Assembly: GCA_965216755.1 (NCBI GenBank)
Contig: CBDCGL010000011.1
Coordinates: 4,672,001 to 4,736,000, forward strand
Reading direction: 5' to 3'
Length of the DNA stretch: 64,000 nt
From: Alphaproteobacteria bacterium
GTDB lineage: Bacteria; Pseudomonadota; Alphaproteobacteria; UBA7887
Within the stretch, counting starts at the first letter, position 1, and every line of letters begins with the position of its first letter. The notes beneath the pieces are model-generated. The model had not been told where the DNA came from, did no database searches, and worked only from the letters and a program-made list of their open reading frames with translations. Below, piece after piece: positions 29,603-40,016 of this stretch. The translations under genes were made by a program, and so were the position numbers.

Positions 29603-30940
29603 ATGCGTAGCAGCTCCGCGGTGCCGCTCTACCTCAGGGGTCCGGTTGGCCACGTGGTCCGCCGACCATGGTTCGACACGCTGTTGCTTAAGCTGATTTG
29701 TCACACCTATTTCCCATTGTCCCGCGCCTGGGCCGCAGCCTGCGCGGCCGAGGGTCATATGGATCGGTTTTGTCGGGCATTGCCAGGGACTGCACGGCAT
29801 CGCCGGTGTTTGAGGGCGTCATTGCGACGGGTTGAAAGCCACCGGCACGAGTATGAACGGGCCCTTGCAGATTGGCGCGCAGCATTTTTCGATGACGATA
29901 TGTCTGATGGAGCGCTTGGCACAATTGAGCGGCGACGCCACACCGCGGCTCATGCGTTCATGGCCACCCGTCGGATGTTCGTCCCATGGCTCCGACATTT
30001 GCCGGCGATTCGCTGGAACGTTGCGTCGCCAGAGTCGGTCGCCGCGAAACATGGCGCCCGGCTTGATGGCTGGGCGACAGCGTTTCCCCCTGTCTTGAAT
30101 CACAGAGTTGAGCAATCACGGGCGTTTGCGGGACACGGTTGGCGAACCAGCTGGCTGCGGTTTCGCGCGCCGGTCAGCGGCGATCATGTCAATGCCCGGG
30201 TTATGGAGCCGTTGAAAGCCTGTCGGGGCACGCTGATTCAGTTGCATGGCATCGCCATTGAACAAGAAATGTGGTGTGGGCTGGTTGGTACGAGTGAACA
30301 GGCGATCAGGCGAAAGCTGCGTGTCATCACGCCCGAGGGGCCTTGGCATGGCACACGTAGCCTGGCGGGTTGGTTTGGTGGCGAGCCCGTATTGGGGCTT
30401 GGGCCGATGGGAATGCTTGATTTTCTGCAAACCTGGGTGGCTGAAGTCGGTGTGTTGATAAACTGGGCGCGACGTCAGGGGGGACCGGTAGCCGTAAGCG
30501 GGATTAGCCTCGGCGCGTTGACCGCGCAGATCGTTGCTGGGGCGAGCATGAATTGGCCGCCTGAGCTCCGGCCGGACGGCGTGATGGTGGTCGCGACGAC
30601 CGGCGATACCTTGGCGCTGATGCACAACAGCCGTCTGTTGCGCGCGGTGGGATATTTCGAGGCGGTGTCGCGCGCCGGATGGCACGATGATTCGCTGGCA
30701 AAATGGCAAAGCCTGTTGCAGCCATCGTCCGACTTCGTCTATGCGCCGGAGCAGGTCGTGATGGTTCTCGGCACGCGAGACGAGGTGACGCCATACCTCG
30801 GCGGCGCGAGGTTGGCGCGACGCTGGGGCGTTGGCGCAGAGAACCTTTTCGAACGCCGGCAGGGGCATTTCGGCGCGTCGCTCGGCTTGTTGACCGAAGT
30901 TGAACCATTGGAACGATTTTGGCGCATCCTGGGCGTCTAA
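29603..30940 (+). CDS. Alpha/beta hydrolase fold protein
   Basis: LHG oxyanion segment, GISLG nucleophile elbow, RDEVTP Asp, QGHF His. Confidence 0.7.
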   Translation: MRSSSAVPLYLRGPVGHVVRRPWFDTLLLKLICHTYFPLSRAWAAACAAEGHMDRFCRALPGTARHRRCLRASLRRVESHRHEYERALADWRAAFFDDDMSDGALGTIERRRHTAAHAFMATRRMFVPWLRHLPAIRWNVASPESVAAKHGARLDGWATAFPPVLNHRVEQSRAFAGHGWRTSWLRFRAPVSGDHVNARVMEPLKACRGTLIQLHGIAIEQEMWCGLVGTSEQAIRRKLRVITPEGPWHGTRSLAGWFGGEPVLGLGPMGMLDFLQTWVAEVGVLINWARRQGGPVAVSGISLGALTAQIVAGASMNWPPELRPDGVMVVATTGDTLALMHNSRLLRAVGYFEAVSRAGWHDDSLAKWQSLLQPSSDFVYAPEQVVMVLGTRDEVTPYLGGARLARRWGVGAENLFERRQGHFGASLGLLTEVEPLERFWRILGV

Positions 30941-31417
30941 TCCGGCTCCGTCGGGGCGGGGCGCCGATGGCCAGCTTAGTTGGCTGATACCGTGTGCGCG
31001 CAGCGGACGGCGGAATTTCCCCTGCCGACCCACCGGGCTTAACGCCAGCTCGGCCCAATGCGGCGCAAACTTAAGTACGCTAGCAGTCTATCAGTTTTGG
31101 CTGTCTTGAGTTGATATTGGTGGTGTTACATCGCGTTCATGCGGCCTTGAGGCTTCGCAAACACTTATCAATTGTAGGCGAGAGCGACCAGCATCCATCC
31201 GGTTTTGATGTTTTCGAGGCTCCTGCGGTGGAAACGGGTAAAATCGATAACCAATTTGATAATACCGACGATAAGTTCGACGGAGCAATTTCGTTCTCGA
31301 TGTTATTCCTTAGCCTGTAAAGTGGTGGCGGATAACCATGGCGTGGTTCGCGAGACCGCCGCGGGTGGACTGGCTCGGCCGAAGAGCAACTCCGGGCGCC
31401 GACCGGGTTAGCGCCGG

Positions 31418-32146
31418 ATGAAACGAATCGTGATCATGGAGGACGAGCCTTCGATAAGGCGATTCATGACGACGGCCCTCACTCATGAGGGTTATCAAAT
31501 CTCCGAAGCTGGGGATGGGCGCGACGGTTTGGACCTCATTTCCAACCATCGCCCGGAACTGGTCCTTGTCGACTTGATGATGCCGCATATGGGTGGCGAC
31601 GCCGTTGTGGCAACGATGCGCTCGCATCGCGCGACACGACTGACCCCGATCATCGTTATTACCGCGCGCGATGACAGGGCGACACAACGTCGTCTGATGG
31701 AGATGGGGGCTGACGATTTCATCAGCAAACCCGTGACGGTCGAAGAGCTCATTGGCGCGGTGTCGGCGCAGCTCCGCAAGGCGCGTTGGCAGGTCGAGGA
31801 TCGGCGTCAAGGACGACGTGGCGTTGAATACACTTTCGGCGAATGGCGGTTCAATACCGTTGTGCGCCGGCTCACGGCACCGTCCGGCCAGCAGCACATT
31901 CTGCCCTTCTTTGAAGCGGAACTATTGAGAGCTTTGATCGAGCATCGCGGCGAGGTGATGAGCCGTGACGCACTATTCAGACGTATTGGGCGAACGCCGT
32001 CGTCGCCCTTTGACCGTCGCATCGATCTGCTTATTAGCCGAATTCGACATCGGTTCGATGCCGAACCGAATCACCCGAAGATGCTAAAGACGGTGCGGGG
32101 CGCGGGCTATGTCTTCGATTTTGAGGTCACTTTGTTGCGTGATTGA
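31418..32146 (+). CDS. OmpR-family response regulator
   Basis: MEDE, VDLMMP, ITA, GADDFISKP, winged-helix KTVRGAGY. Confidence 0.92.
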   Translation: MKRIVIMEDEPSIRRFMTTALTHEGYQISEAGDGRDGLDLISNHRPELVLVDLMMPHMGGDAVVATMRSHRATRLTPIIVITARDDRATQRRLMEMGADDFISKPVTVEELIGAVSAQLRKARWQVEDRRQGRRGVEYTFGEWRFNTVVRRLTAPSGQQHILPFFEAELLRALIEHRGEVMSRDALFRRIGRTPSSPFDRRIDLLISRIRHRFDAEPNHPKMLKTVRGAGYVFDFEVTLLRD

Positions 32147-32589
32147 CGCTTTAGCCAACTGCATCATCCTAGCGAAGAGCGCGATCCGTGTCTTTGGTAC
32201 TTGCGACCCCGAATAATGATCGAACGCTCCGCGCCGGAACTCATTCCTCGTCCAGCAACATTTTGACGTAACGACCTGCCGCAATCACGCTAATATCCGA
32301 AATATTCATTTGTTTTCAAGTAGATAAAACTTACCAAGTCATTCCCAAAGAGATAACTTGGTTTTCTTTGAAAACCACTTAGGTATCCAAATACAACAAT
32401 CGTGAAATTTGTATCATATTCGAAACAATATCAAAACAAATTGGCTACATTCTTTCGATTGGCAAATTTGCTTAAATTTTCAATAGTTTTAAGTTGTTGC
32501 CTGGCGTCGACAGCAAGTCAGCGCACAGGAAAGGCGGGGAACGATTGAACAAATAACACTCGACCCCAGAAAAAAAGGAATGATGCGAA

Positions 32590-32868
32590 ATGAAATCACT
32601 GGTGGTATTGGGCAGTATCTTGGCAGTCGGGCTTGGCGTGGCTGCATCAGCCCAAGCTGGCGGCGGCGGTGCTGGTGTTGGCAAGGAATATATTTGTCAC
32701 TTTCCAGGTCATGCTATCGAACTCAACGGCCGGATTGTTCGTGACTTCCGAGTCAGTGGGCCGAACGATGCAAGGTGCGAAGCCAAAGGTGGCCGCGTGA
32801 TACATGTTGGTTGCCCTGCAAAGAAGGGCCACATTGGTATGCGTTACTGCCCCAAGCCAAATGCCTAA
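32590..32868 (+). CDS. Small secreted Cys/His-containing protein of unknown function
   Basis: Sec signal MKSLVVLGSILAVGLGVAASAQA; four Cys; AAGGA RBS. Confidence 0.7.
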   Translation: MKSLVVLGSILAVGLGVAASAQAGGGGAGVGKEYICHFPGHAIELNGRIVRDFRVSGPNDARCEAKGGRVIHVGCPAKKGHIGMRYCPKPNA

Positions 32869-33034
32869 TACATTCAGCGTCAATTAAACGTTGGAAGGCG
32901 GATCCCTGCGTCACGAAAGTGGCGCAGGATTTGGTGCGTTAGAGACAGCTTTACGAAGCCCCCGCCTGTGGTCTTGGCAAAGACGCTCACACGCGCGTCG
33001 AACATATATTCACTCGTGTATTGAGGGAAAAGTT

Positions 33035-35152
33035 GTGCTCCGTAACAATTGGCTTGTGCTAGCGCCATTTGTCGCTGTAGGCGTCAATGCTTGGGGCGCT
33101 GACGCTTTTGCCAAACATTCACATAGCAACGGCGGTGATGTTCAACGTTCGGCCGACAGACCGTATTCGGAAGATTCGTCGGGCGACAAGCGGGCGCAAC
33201 GAATCAAAACGAAGTCCGAAGCGCGCCATCAAAATAAATCGCGCAGCAATGCAGATGAGGTTGCGCATGCCAAATTTGCGCTCGTGCCTAACCGCTACGC
33301 CGCCAATCGACATCATTTCCCGAGGGCCTGCACGGCTGAAACGCAGACCGATGTCCGATCTCTTCGGCCTAATCTTGAATCTCCATTGTACGTAGTCGAA
33401 CCGCTGCCGCATAAAGCGGAACCTCGAACAATTGATCCCTTGATGCAGGTGACAGGTTCAGCGGGCGCGCACAGTTTTGGTGTCAGTAAGACCCGAGAAA
33501 ATAGAAATCGCCCTTTCGGTCACCAACGGCCGGATGGCGGTTACGCCGACGAACAGCTTTTTACAACGGCGGACGGCCACGTCAATGTCATGCTCACAGG
33601 TTTCGAAACGATCGAGCCCGAGCAACAGCCTCAGCAATCAATCTCGTTGTACAACCATCCCGTTGCGTCACGGCCCAATCCCTTGGCCGCCGAAGGCCGC
33701 GAGCGAAACGCCCGCATGGGCTTGGAGAACTTTAGATTGGGGGCCGCGAATGTCACGGTTTCGGGCCAATATTTTGAATTTGCAACACCCGAGACTGAGC
33801 ATTTGACCGGGTTTGCATTTACTGATGGCCGTCTTGCCGAAGAAAATCAGGTTGCACGTGTGGAGACACAAATTGGTCTGATGAACGACCGGCTGCGTTA
33901 CCAGGGCGGTATGGCACGCTCCAAATATTACGGCCCCGGTCTCCCTACATATGACGATGGTGGCAACTTTGCCGATAGCGTCACAAGTTCGGCGCGTGTT
34001 GACGGTGCAGCGGAGTCATCCCTTGCGAAGGGGAATGAGTGGTGGCATCGGATTGACGCCGACTTGTTTGTCGCAGCGGACGTCACACTCTCGACGTATG
34101 GCGAATTGAGCCAGGTTGATCCCCTGTTCTATACGGTCGAATTTGATCACGCCGGCGAGCGACCTGTCGGCCGACAGCAAGAAGTCGGGGTCGATATCGA
34201 CGTCGGATCGCTATCGACCTCACTATGGCGACGTGAGCTCGAGTCCGTTGACATGAACGATCAGGAATATGGCGCCCGCTTCGACGGTGGTCTGGCTGCG
34301 GTCCAGGTTATGCAGAGTCGTGTCGTTAACTTAGCCAGTCCATTTGGTCTTGAAGATGATTTGACATTTTGGGGAGATATCGGATTCGATGATGACTGGG
34401 CATATCTCGGCTCGACGGGACCACGCTGGGATTCTCGCGAAGAAACGGTCGAGGGTGAGATTGAATTGAGGACGGGCGAGGTCTTCAGCCTTGGTCAGAT
34501 TGGCGGTGGCGCGGATTCGATTGGCGTCCTATTGCCTTATTCAGTCACGCTGCGGGGCAGTCGAACACGTATTGCTTATCCCGATGAGTACGATGGCACG
34601 ACGGACCCGGAGGACGTGAGAAAAGGTTTCGAACTTGAACTATTCTGGCAGTCGGATATTAGCAGTACGATCATAACATATGCACAATTTCGGACAGACA
34701 GCCGGCAACTATGGATGGAGTCGGCTGATTTTGTCGAGCGAACAATCGACATCAGTCAAGATTTTTATTTCGACAAGTGGGAGTTATCGGCTTATCTGTC
34801 GCTTGGTCGTTCAAATGGCTTGGAGATCGATAATCGGTCCGTCGATTTAATGATCAGCAGTGGCGCATCGTTCTCTTACCAACCGGATGCCTGGCCGAAA
34901 TTAACCTTGAATTTGGATCTGGATCGCTATGATTCCCAATATTTGGACTATGGCGAGTCGTTCCGAAATGACGGCTGGGCTGCCGGCCTGGAACTCGATT
35001 TTTCAAGTTTTTTGGCAACCAGCGATAGATCCGGATCGGGGCTGCTCAAGCTTGGCTATCGGACCGAGGGGACCCACGATCGTGACACCTATCTGGGCTC
35101 AGACACGCATACTCGCCACGGCTTCTATATTCTCGGCGGCTACAGTTTTTGA
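33035..35152 (+). CDS. Putative outer-membrane beta-barrel protein of unknown family
   Basis: GTG after GAGGG; signal-like N terminus ending ADAFA; amphipathic strands; C-terminal GFYILGGYSF beta-signal. Confidence 0.6.
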   Translation: MLRNNWLVLAPFVAVGVNAWGADAFAKHSHSNGGDVQRSADRPYSEDSSGDKRAQRIKTKSEARHQNKSRSNADEVAHAKFALVPNRYAANRHHFPRACTAETQTDVRSLRPNLESPLYVVEPLPHKAEPRTIDPLMQVTGSAGAHSFGVSKTRENRNRPFGHQRPDGGYADEQLFTTADGHVNVMLTGFETIEPEQQPQQSISLYNHPVASRPNPLAAEGRERNARMGLENFRLGAANVTVSGQYFEFATPETEHLTGFAFTDGRLAEENQVARVETQIGLMNDRLRYQGGMARSKYYGPGLPTYDDGGNFADSVTSSARVDGAAESSLAKGNEWWHRIDADLFVAADVTLSTYGELSQVDPLFYTVEFDHAGERPVGRQQEVGVDIDVGSLSTSLWRRELESVDMNDQEYGARFDGGLAAVQVMQSRVVNLASPFGLEDDLTFWGDIGFDDDWAYLGSTGPRWDSREETVEGEIELRTGEVFSLGQIGGGADSIGVLLPYSVTLRGSRTRIAYPDEYDGTTDPEDVRKGFELELFWQSDISSTIITYAQFRTDSRQLWMESADFVERTIDISQDFYFDKWELSAYLSLGRSNGLEIDNRSVDLMISSGASFSYQPDAWPKLTLNLDLDRYDSQYLDYGESFRNDGWAAGLELDFSSFLATSDRSGSGLLKLGYRTEGTHDRDTYLGSDTHTRHGFYILGGYSF

Positions 35153-35385
35153 TCATGCCTCGTGCGTCTTATCGACGGCGAGGATTTGGTGACGGATTGA
35201 GTGAGAGCCGAACGTGGGAAGGTGACATTATCCGGAACTACCGGGTTTGCCCGTGGCTGCGGGCTGATTTCTGGCAATGGTGTCGGAGCTCTCAACTGCA
35301 GGGCTGACGACGATTCTTGTGCTTCTCCTGCCGGATCGACACATCCGAGCGCGATGGAGCATCGCGAAGGTGGGTGAATTCCGGG

Positions 35386-35823
35386 CTAGCTACCCACCGA
35401 CATGCCAAACAGCGCTTGGGTGCGGGACAGGACCAGCAGCAGAATGGCCGCCGCGGAGACGATCACGACGGCAAATATGGCGACCTGAGTTATCGAGTTT
35501 TGATTTTTTGCGGCTTTTTGTGGGCGCGCATGGAGGGGCGCGTCCTTTTTTGCCGAGGATTTTACCGGCGTGTGCGGCTTTGACTTGTGTCGGGGCGCTG
35601 GCTCGCTTGCCATCGGCTTGCTGGTGTCGAAGACCACCACTTCGCTCGAGGTATTTTCGACCTCGTTGTAGGTTTCGCAGATCAGTTTAACGGCCTGAAT
35701 GTGTGGCTCACGATTGAGGTGCTTGGCATCCTCAAGCGCTTTTTCCTTATCGCTTCCGGGATAGACACGCTCAATATTCCATCGATTTTTGACCTGAGCG
35801 TGCAGCTCATAGCTGATTTTCAT
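35386..35823 (-). CDS. Hypothetical protein with C-terminal membrane anchor
   Basis: Globular N terminus (YELHAQVKNRWNI...AVKLICETYN), basic linker, one TM helix. Confidence 0.65.
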   Translation of the reverse strand: MKISYELHAQVKNRWNIERVYPGSDKEKALEDAKHLNREPHIQAVKLICETYNEVENTSSEVVVFDTSKPMASEPAPRHKSKPHTPVKSSAKKDAPLHARPQKAAKNQNSITQVAIFAVVIVSAAAILLLVLSRTQALFGMSVGS

Positions 35824-36172
35824 GATCGAGTTTTCGGCCCACACATTGGAAGCTTGAAATCAACGGTCCCGTACGCGCCGCCGGCCCGCGGAAAACCTCG
35901 TTTGTGTTGGGAATCTAGGTGTGGTCCGGCTCAAGTCGAGTCTGAACGCCCCGCCCAACCGGCCAACGCCGTGAAGTCTTCACTTCACCGATAGGATTGC
36001 TGATACCGGACGACAATTGTCTGTGAAGTTTGCGAATATTTTGCAAGTATTTGCGCCAACTCCCGAACTGTTCGAATCCAAGTTCTTGCGATGAGATGCG
36101 TGCAAAATTCGTCGGTTTCACGGCACCTCCGATAGCGGTTTTGGTATGGTCGGTAGGATAGCAAAAAATAGC

Positions 36173-36201
36173 TTGCACAACTCGGACAAATCTGCTAAGT
36201 T
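36173..36201 (+). promoter_or_regulatory. Putative sigma70 promoter
   Basis: TTGCAC-17bp-TAAGTT. Confidence 0.4.
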
Positions 36202-36224
36202 AGCTTTGTAATCGTGGAAGGGTT

Positions 36225-36255
36225 TGCCTAGCTCAATTTCGGGCTGGGCATTTTT
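36225..36255 (+). terminator. Putative intrinsic terminator
   Basis: TGCCTAGCTC-aatttc-GGGCTGGGCA stem (two G-U pairs) followed by TTTTT. Confidence 0.5.
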
Positions 36256-36483
36256 GTGCGCGGTGCAAACCACGATCAGACGGCACAGAATGTCGTTATT
36301 ATGTAGTATCATAATAGATCGCAAAACATGTAGCTGTTTGGTTCGAGCCACCTGCTATGGTGGCCTCTGGGTCATTTTGCCCTCGATACCGGATGCCCTG
36401 GTGATCTAACCAGCAATCGGGGCGGCCAATTCTTGATCAACCAGTTCGTCTGGCGCAGTTGCGGATGCGCAATCCGCAAAGAT

Positions 36484-39400
36484 ATGGTCATGACCACAAA
36501 CCAAGAATCGCGGCACGCGGCGGTGCGGGCGTTGACCGGCACGGCGCGCAGCTACAATGAAGACTGGCACGCGCTGTTCGACCAGTGGGGTATCGCCACC
36601 GGCCATTTCAATGAGCGCATGTTGGCCTGGCTCAACGCCGTGCTGGGCACCGACCACGCCAACATCAATGACGCGGCGACCGCGTTCGCCGTCGGCCAAG
36701 GTGTCGATAGCTGGCACGACGTGCGCGCCCTCGACATCTTCGATTACTACATCGACAGCGTGTCGGGCAGCGATGCCAATGACGGCCTGACCATGGCGAC
36801 CGCCAAGCAAACCCTGGCCGGCTTCGACGCGCTCGGGGTCAAAGACAACAACGGCATCCGGGTCGGTTTCGCGCGCGGTTCAAGCTGGCGCGAGCAATTG
36901 CAGGTCAACGGCGGCAGCAACCAGGTGTGGGGTGCCTATGGCAGCGGCGCGCGACCGCTGATCAACGCCTTTGATGTGCTGGCCAACGCCTCGTTCAGCA
37001 AGACCGGTGGCCGCACTTATGTGTACGAGATCTCGATCAGCCATCCGGTTGGATCGGTCGGCATCGATTGGATCAACTGCCTGGAAGACACCATACCGCT
37101 GGTTCATGTCGCCGACGTCGCCACCTGCGACACGACCCCGGGCAGCTATCACGTGGCGAGCATTACCACCTCGCCGACCACGCTTTATGTGCACGCGTCG
37201 GATTCCAGCGACGTCACCGTCAACGGCAAGACCTATGAGCACACGCGCCGCGACTGGTGTTTCCGCAAGATTGCGGTCGGCAGTTGCGGCTTTCACGGCC
37301 TCCATTGCCGCGGCGGCTTCAACGGCGAGGGCAATCTGGTGCTGCCGGCGACGGTGGCCTCGAACCTGTTGCTCGATTTCGGCGGCCGCCACCACATGCA
37401 AATCGAAGATGGCGTGGTCCGCGACAGCATATTCAACGACCATTATTTCGGCCGCCAATCGGGCGGCACCTTGGTGGCCTTCCAGGATGACGCCAGCGGC
37501 AAGAGCGCACGTTTCGAAAACCTGACGTTCCGCAACGACAACAGCGGCCGCAACATGGACGACAATATTTTCTGCACGGCCATGTTCGCGCATCGTGGCG
37601 GCGGTGGCGACTATGCCCGCCTGGACATCATCAATTGCGATGTCGAACGCCACACCAACGGCGTCTCGGGCGACCAGATCGGCGCGGTCAACATCATCGG
37701 CTGTCGGTTCGCCGACAACGACCTGGTGCCGGTCAACGCACAAGCGCCGATCGTCAATGTCGACGACACGGCGATCCACGTGCCGCCGCACAACGAACCG
37801 AGCCGGGCGATCAATCTGCGCACCGGCATCGCCGCGCAAGGCAGTGGCCAAACCATGACCGTCACCGACGCGACCATTTGCGTGGCCGACGGGGGTGGCG
37901 ACGGCAACATGTCGGCGATCACCATCGGCGATAATTCATCCGATGGCTTGACGCTCAATCTGACCCGGGTCAAGGCGAGCGTCGACGACGCGTGGGTGAT
38001 CAAATCGCGGCTGGCCGGCGGCGACGTGGTGACGGTGAACGCCAGCAACTGCACCTTTGGCGGCACGCCGCTGAAAAACATGTCGCTGGCGGAAACGGCG
38101 GGCGAGGGGCCGGCCAATTGGAACGGCACCAACAATCATTGGCTGGCGCCGGCGGCGGACTTCGAGCTCAACCAAACGGTCTATGCGGATCTGGCCGCGT
38201 TTCAGGCGGCCGGCCACGAGACCACGGGCGATAGTGTCGGATCGGTCGCCAATGTCTGCGCGGTGGGGGTCGACGATCCGTTGCTGCGCCAAGATTTCAC
38301 CGCCGAGACCCTGGCGATGGCCAAGATCCTGGGGCCGGATTTCACCTTCACCCGCGCGTCGGCCGGCTACCGGTTCAACAGCCATGGCGTCTATGTGCCG
38401 GAAAGCAACGACGTGCCGTTGCTGGCCACGCATCGCGACAACGGATCGAGCTGGGTTAACGACGGCTTGTTGATGGAGCCGCAGCGAACCAACCTGCTGT
38501 TGCGGTCGGAAGAATTCGACAATGCCGCGTGGTCAAAAAACAATGTCAGTGTCGCCGCCAATGACGCGGTCGCGCCGGACGGGACGGTCAGCGCTGACAG
38601 GCTGACCAGCGACAGCACAACGTCGGGCACGTCTCAGGTCGTGACGATCACCGCCGACGCCGATTTCGTCATCTCGTACTTTGTCAAACGGGTGGATCAC
38701 GACTGGGTGCGGCTGAATGCCTTCAACGGCGCCAACTTTATCAATGCCTGGTTTGATCTCGGCAGTGGCGCAAAGGGATCGACAAGTGTCGGCGGCACCG
38801 GCTCTGTTATCGACTACGACATAGAAGAAGCCGGTGATTACTACCGTGTTTGGTTGGCGGGCAGCATTGGCTCGGGGGCGACGTCGGTAACCCATCAGTG
38901 GTTTCTTGCCGATGCCGATGCCAGCGCCACGGAAAGCTCGGGCGTTTCCGTACATGTTTGGGGCGGTCAAATCGAGGAAGGGGCGACCCTTTCCTCGTAT
39001 ATCCCCACCACCAGCGCGCAAGTCACGCGCGCCGCGCCAAATTTGGAAACGACGGATGTGAGCTGGTACGAGCGGGACGTCGGTTTCACGGTTCTCGCGA
39101 AAGGCATCATTCCGCGGTTTTCAGACACCGCGCCCACCGACCTTGTGTTCGAGCTTCACGATGGCTCGTTCAACAACCGCGTCATCCTCTATCACGACAC
39201 TTCGAATTGGGTCGTACTCGTCAGATCCGGCGCCGTAAACAGCGTAATCCAGCCCATTGGCAGCGTGGTCAAAGGCGCGACCTACGACATCGCCGTCCGC
39301 TACACGCCGACAGACGTGCAGGCGGCGGTCAACGGCACCTTGGATACGCCGGACACCTCGGTCGTCATGCCGTCGGGCATAACGACCCTCGATATCATGA

Positions 39401-39498
39401 GAGACAACGCGTCAAACCTGTCGAACATGTCGATGCGGGAACTCAACATTTATCGCGGCGGCAAGAGCGACGCGTGGCTACAGGACCAAACGGCATGA
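36484..39498 (+). CDS. Phage-derived fibre/spike-like protein (beta-helix plus C-terminal lectin-like fibre module)
   Basis: YYIDSVSGSDANDG...GAYGSGARP beta-helix start; FTFTRAS...GLLMEPQRTNLLLRSEEF...SSYIPTT...VTRAA virion-fibre pattern; no signal peptide; start 36484 or 36490. Confidence 0.7.
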   Translation: MVMTTNQESRHAAVRALTGTARSYNEDWHALFDQWGIATGHFNERMLAWLNAVLGTDHANINDAATAFAVGQGVDSWHDVRALDIFDYYIDSVSGSDANDGLTMATAKQTLAGFDALGVKDNNGIRVGFARGSSWREQLQVNGGSNQVWGAYGSGARPLINAFDVLANASFSKTGGRTYVYEISISHPVGSVGIDWINCLEDTIPLVHVADVATCDTTPGSYHVASITTSPTTLYVHASDSSDVTVNGKTYEHTRRDWCFRKIAVGSCGFHGLHCRGGFNGEGNLVLPATVASNLLLDFGGRHHMQIEDGVVRDSIFNDHYFGRQSGGTLVAFQDDASGKSARFENLTFRNDNSGRNMDDNIFCTAMFAHRGGGGDYARLDIINCDVERHTNGVSGDQIGAVNIIGCRFADNDLVPVNAQAPIVNVDDTAIHVPPHNEPSRAINLRTGIAAQGSGQTMTVTDATICVADGGGDGNMSAITIGDNSSDGLTLNLTRVKASVDDAWVIKSRLAGGDVVTVNASNCTFGGTPLKNMSLAETAGEGPANWNGTNNHWLAPAADFELNQTVYADLAAFQAAGHETTGDSVGSVANVCAVGVDDPLLRQDFTAETLAMAKILGPDFTFTRASAGYRFNSHGVYVPESNDVPLLATHRDNGSSWVNDGLLMEPQRTNLLLRSEEFDNAAWSKNNVSVAANDAVAPDGTVSADRLTSDSTTSGTSQVVTITADADFVISYFVKRVDHDWVRLNAFNGANFINAWFDLGSGAKGSTSVGGTGSVIDYDIEEAGDYYRVWLAGSIGSGATSVTHQWFLADADASATESSGVSVHVWGGQIEEGATLSSYIPTTSAQVTRAAPNLETTDVSWYERDVGFTVLAKGIIPRFSDTAPTDLVFELHDGSFNNRVILYHDTSNWVVLVRSGAVNSVIQPIGSVVKGATYDIAVRYTPTDVQAAVNGTLDTPDTSVVMPSGITTLDIMRDNASNLSNMSMRELNIYRGGKSDAWLQDQTA

Positions 39499-39974
39499 TT
39501 GACTTTATGTTTGCGGCCGGCGCTCGCGCCGCGTTCGAAGCCGAGGCCGCTCGGCTCGGCTGGGGCCAAATGGTTGACGGCGAGTTCGTGCCAAACGCCG
39601 GCGTGGACATCGACGTCATTGGCGATCTGGTCTCGCTGCCGGGAAAATACGACGCCGCCGGCAACGAGATAGAGGCGCCAGTCACGAAGGGCCCGCACGT
39701 CAATGTGCGGCTGTCTGGCAGCGCGGCGGCGGCGACACGGCGCCGCATTGATCGCCGGCTGGGCACGCACTATGGCGATGTCGACGCGGCCATGACCGCC
39801 TGGTTCACGCAAGCAGGGACAACCGAAGTCACGGACCGCGTCGCGGCGCGGGTAAGGACGCGCTTTGCTACTGCCAAAGACGCTACACGACGGCAAAAGG
39901 ACGGCGTGACCTATATCGGGTCGGCGTTGGCGGTTGCGGCGCGCAAGCGGTTATGGGCCGGCGAAGACGCGTGA
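39495..39974 (+). CDS. Phage-associated hypothetical protein (fibre partner)
   Basis: ATGA overlap with the fibre gene; IDVIG...YDAAGNEI...HVNVR resembles proteins found after phage fibre genes. Confidence 0.6.
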   Translation: MIDFMFAAGARAAFEAEAARLGWGQMVDGEFVPNAGVDIDVIGDLVSLPGKYDAAGNEIEAPVTKGPHVNVRLSGSAAAATRRRIDRRLGTHYGDVDAAMTAWFTQAGTTEVTDRVAARVRTRFATAKDATRRQKDGVTYIGSALAVAARKRLWAGEDA

Positions 39975-40016
39975 AGGCGCAGGAATCGTTGTTGCGAGCA
40001 GAAAGGGCGTGGGAAA

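Noticed and set aside
30116-31033. 305-aa minus-strand ORF
   Set aside because: Antisense shadow of the hydrolase with no motifs; typical of high-GC DNA
36297-36316. Xer dif-like site
   Set aside because: Half-sites are TTATG-N6-CATAA, the reverse of the dif arrangement, and the outer arms do not match
36880-37851. 323-aa minus-strand ORF
   Set aside because: Antisense shadow of the fibre gene
38850-39494. N-terminal 215 aa of the 374-aa ORF
   Set aside because: Overlaps the fibre gene out of frame; the ATGA-coupled start at 39495 is more plausible
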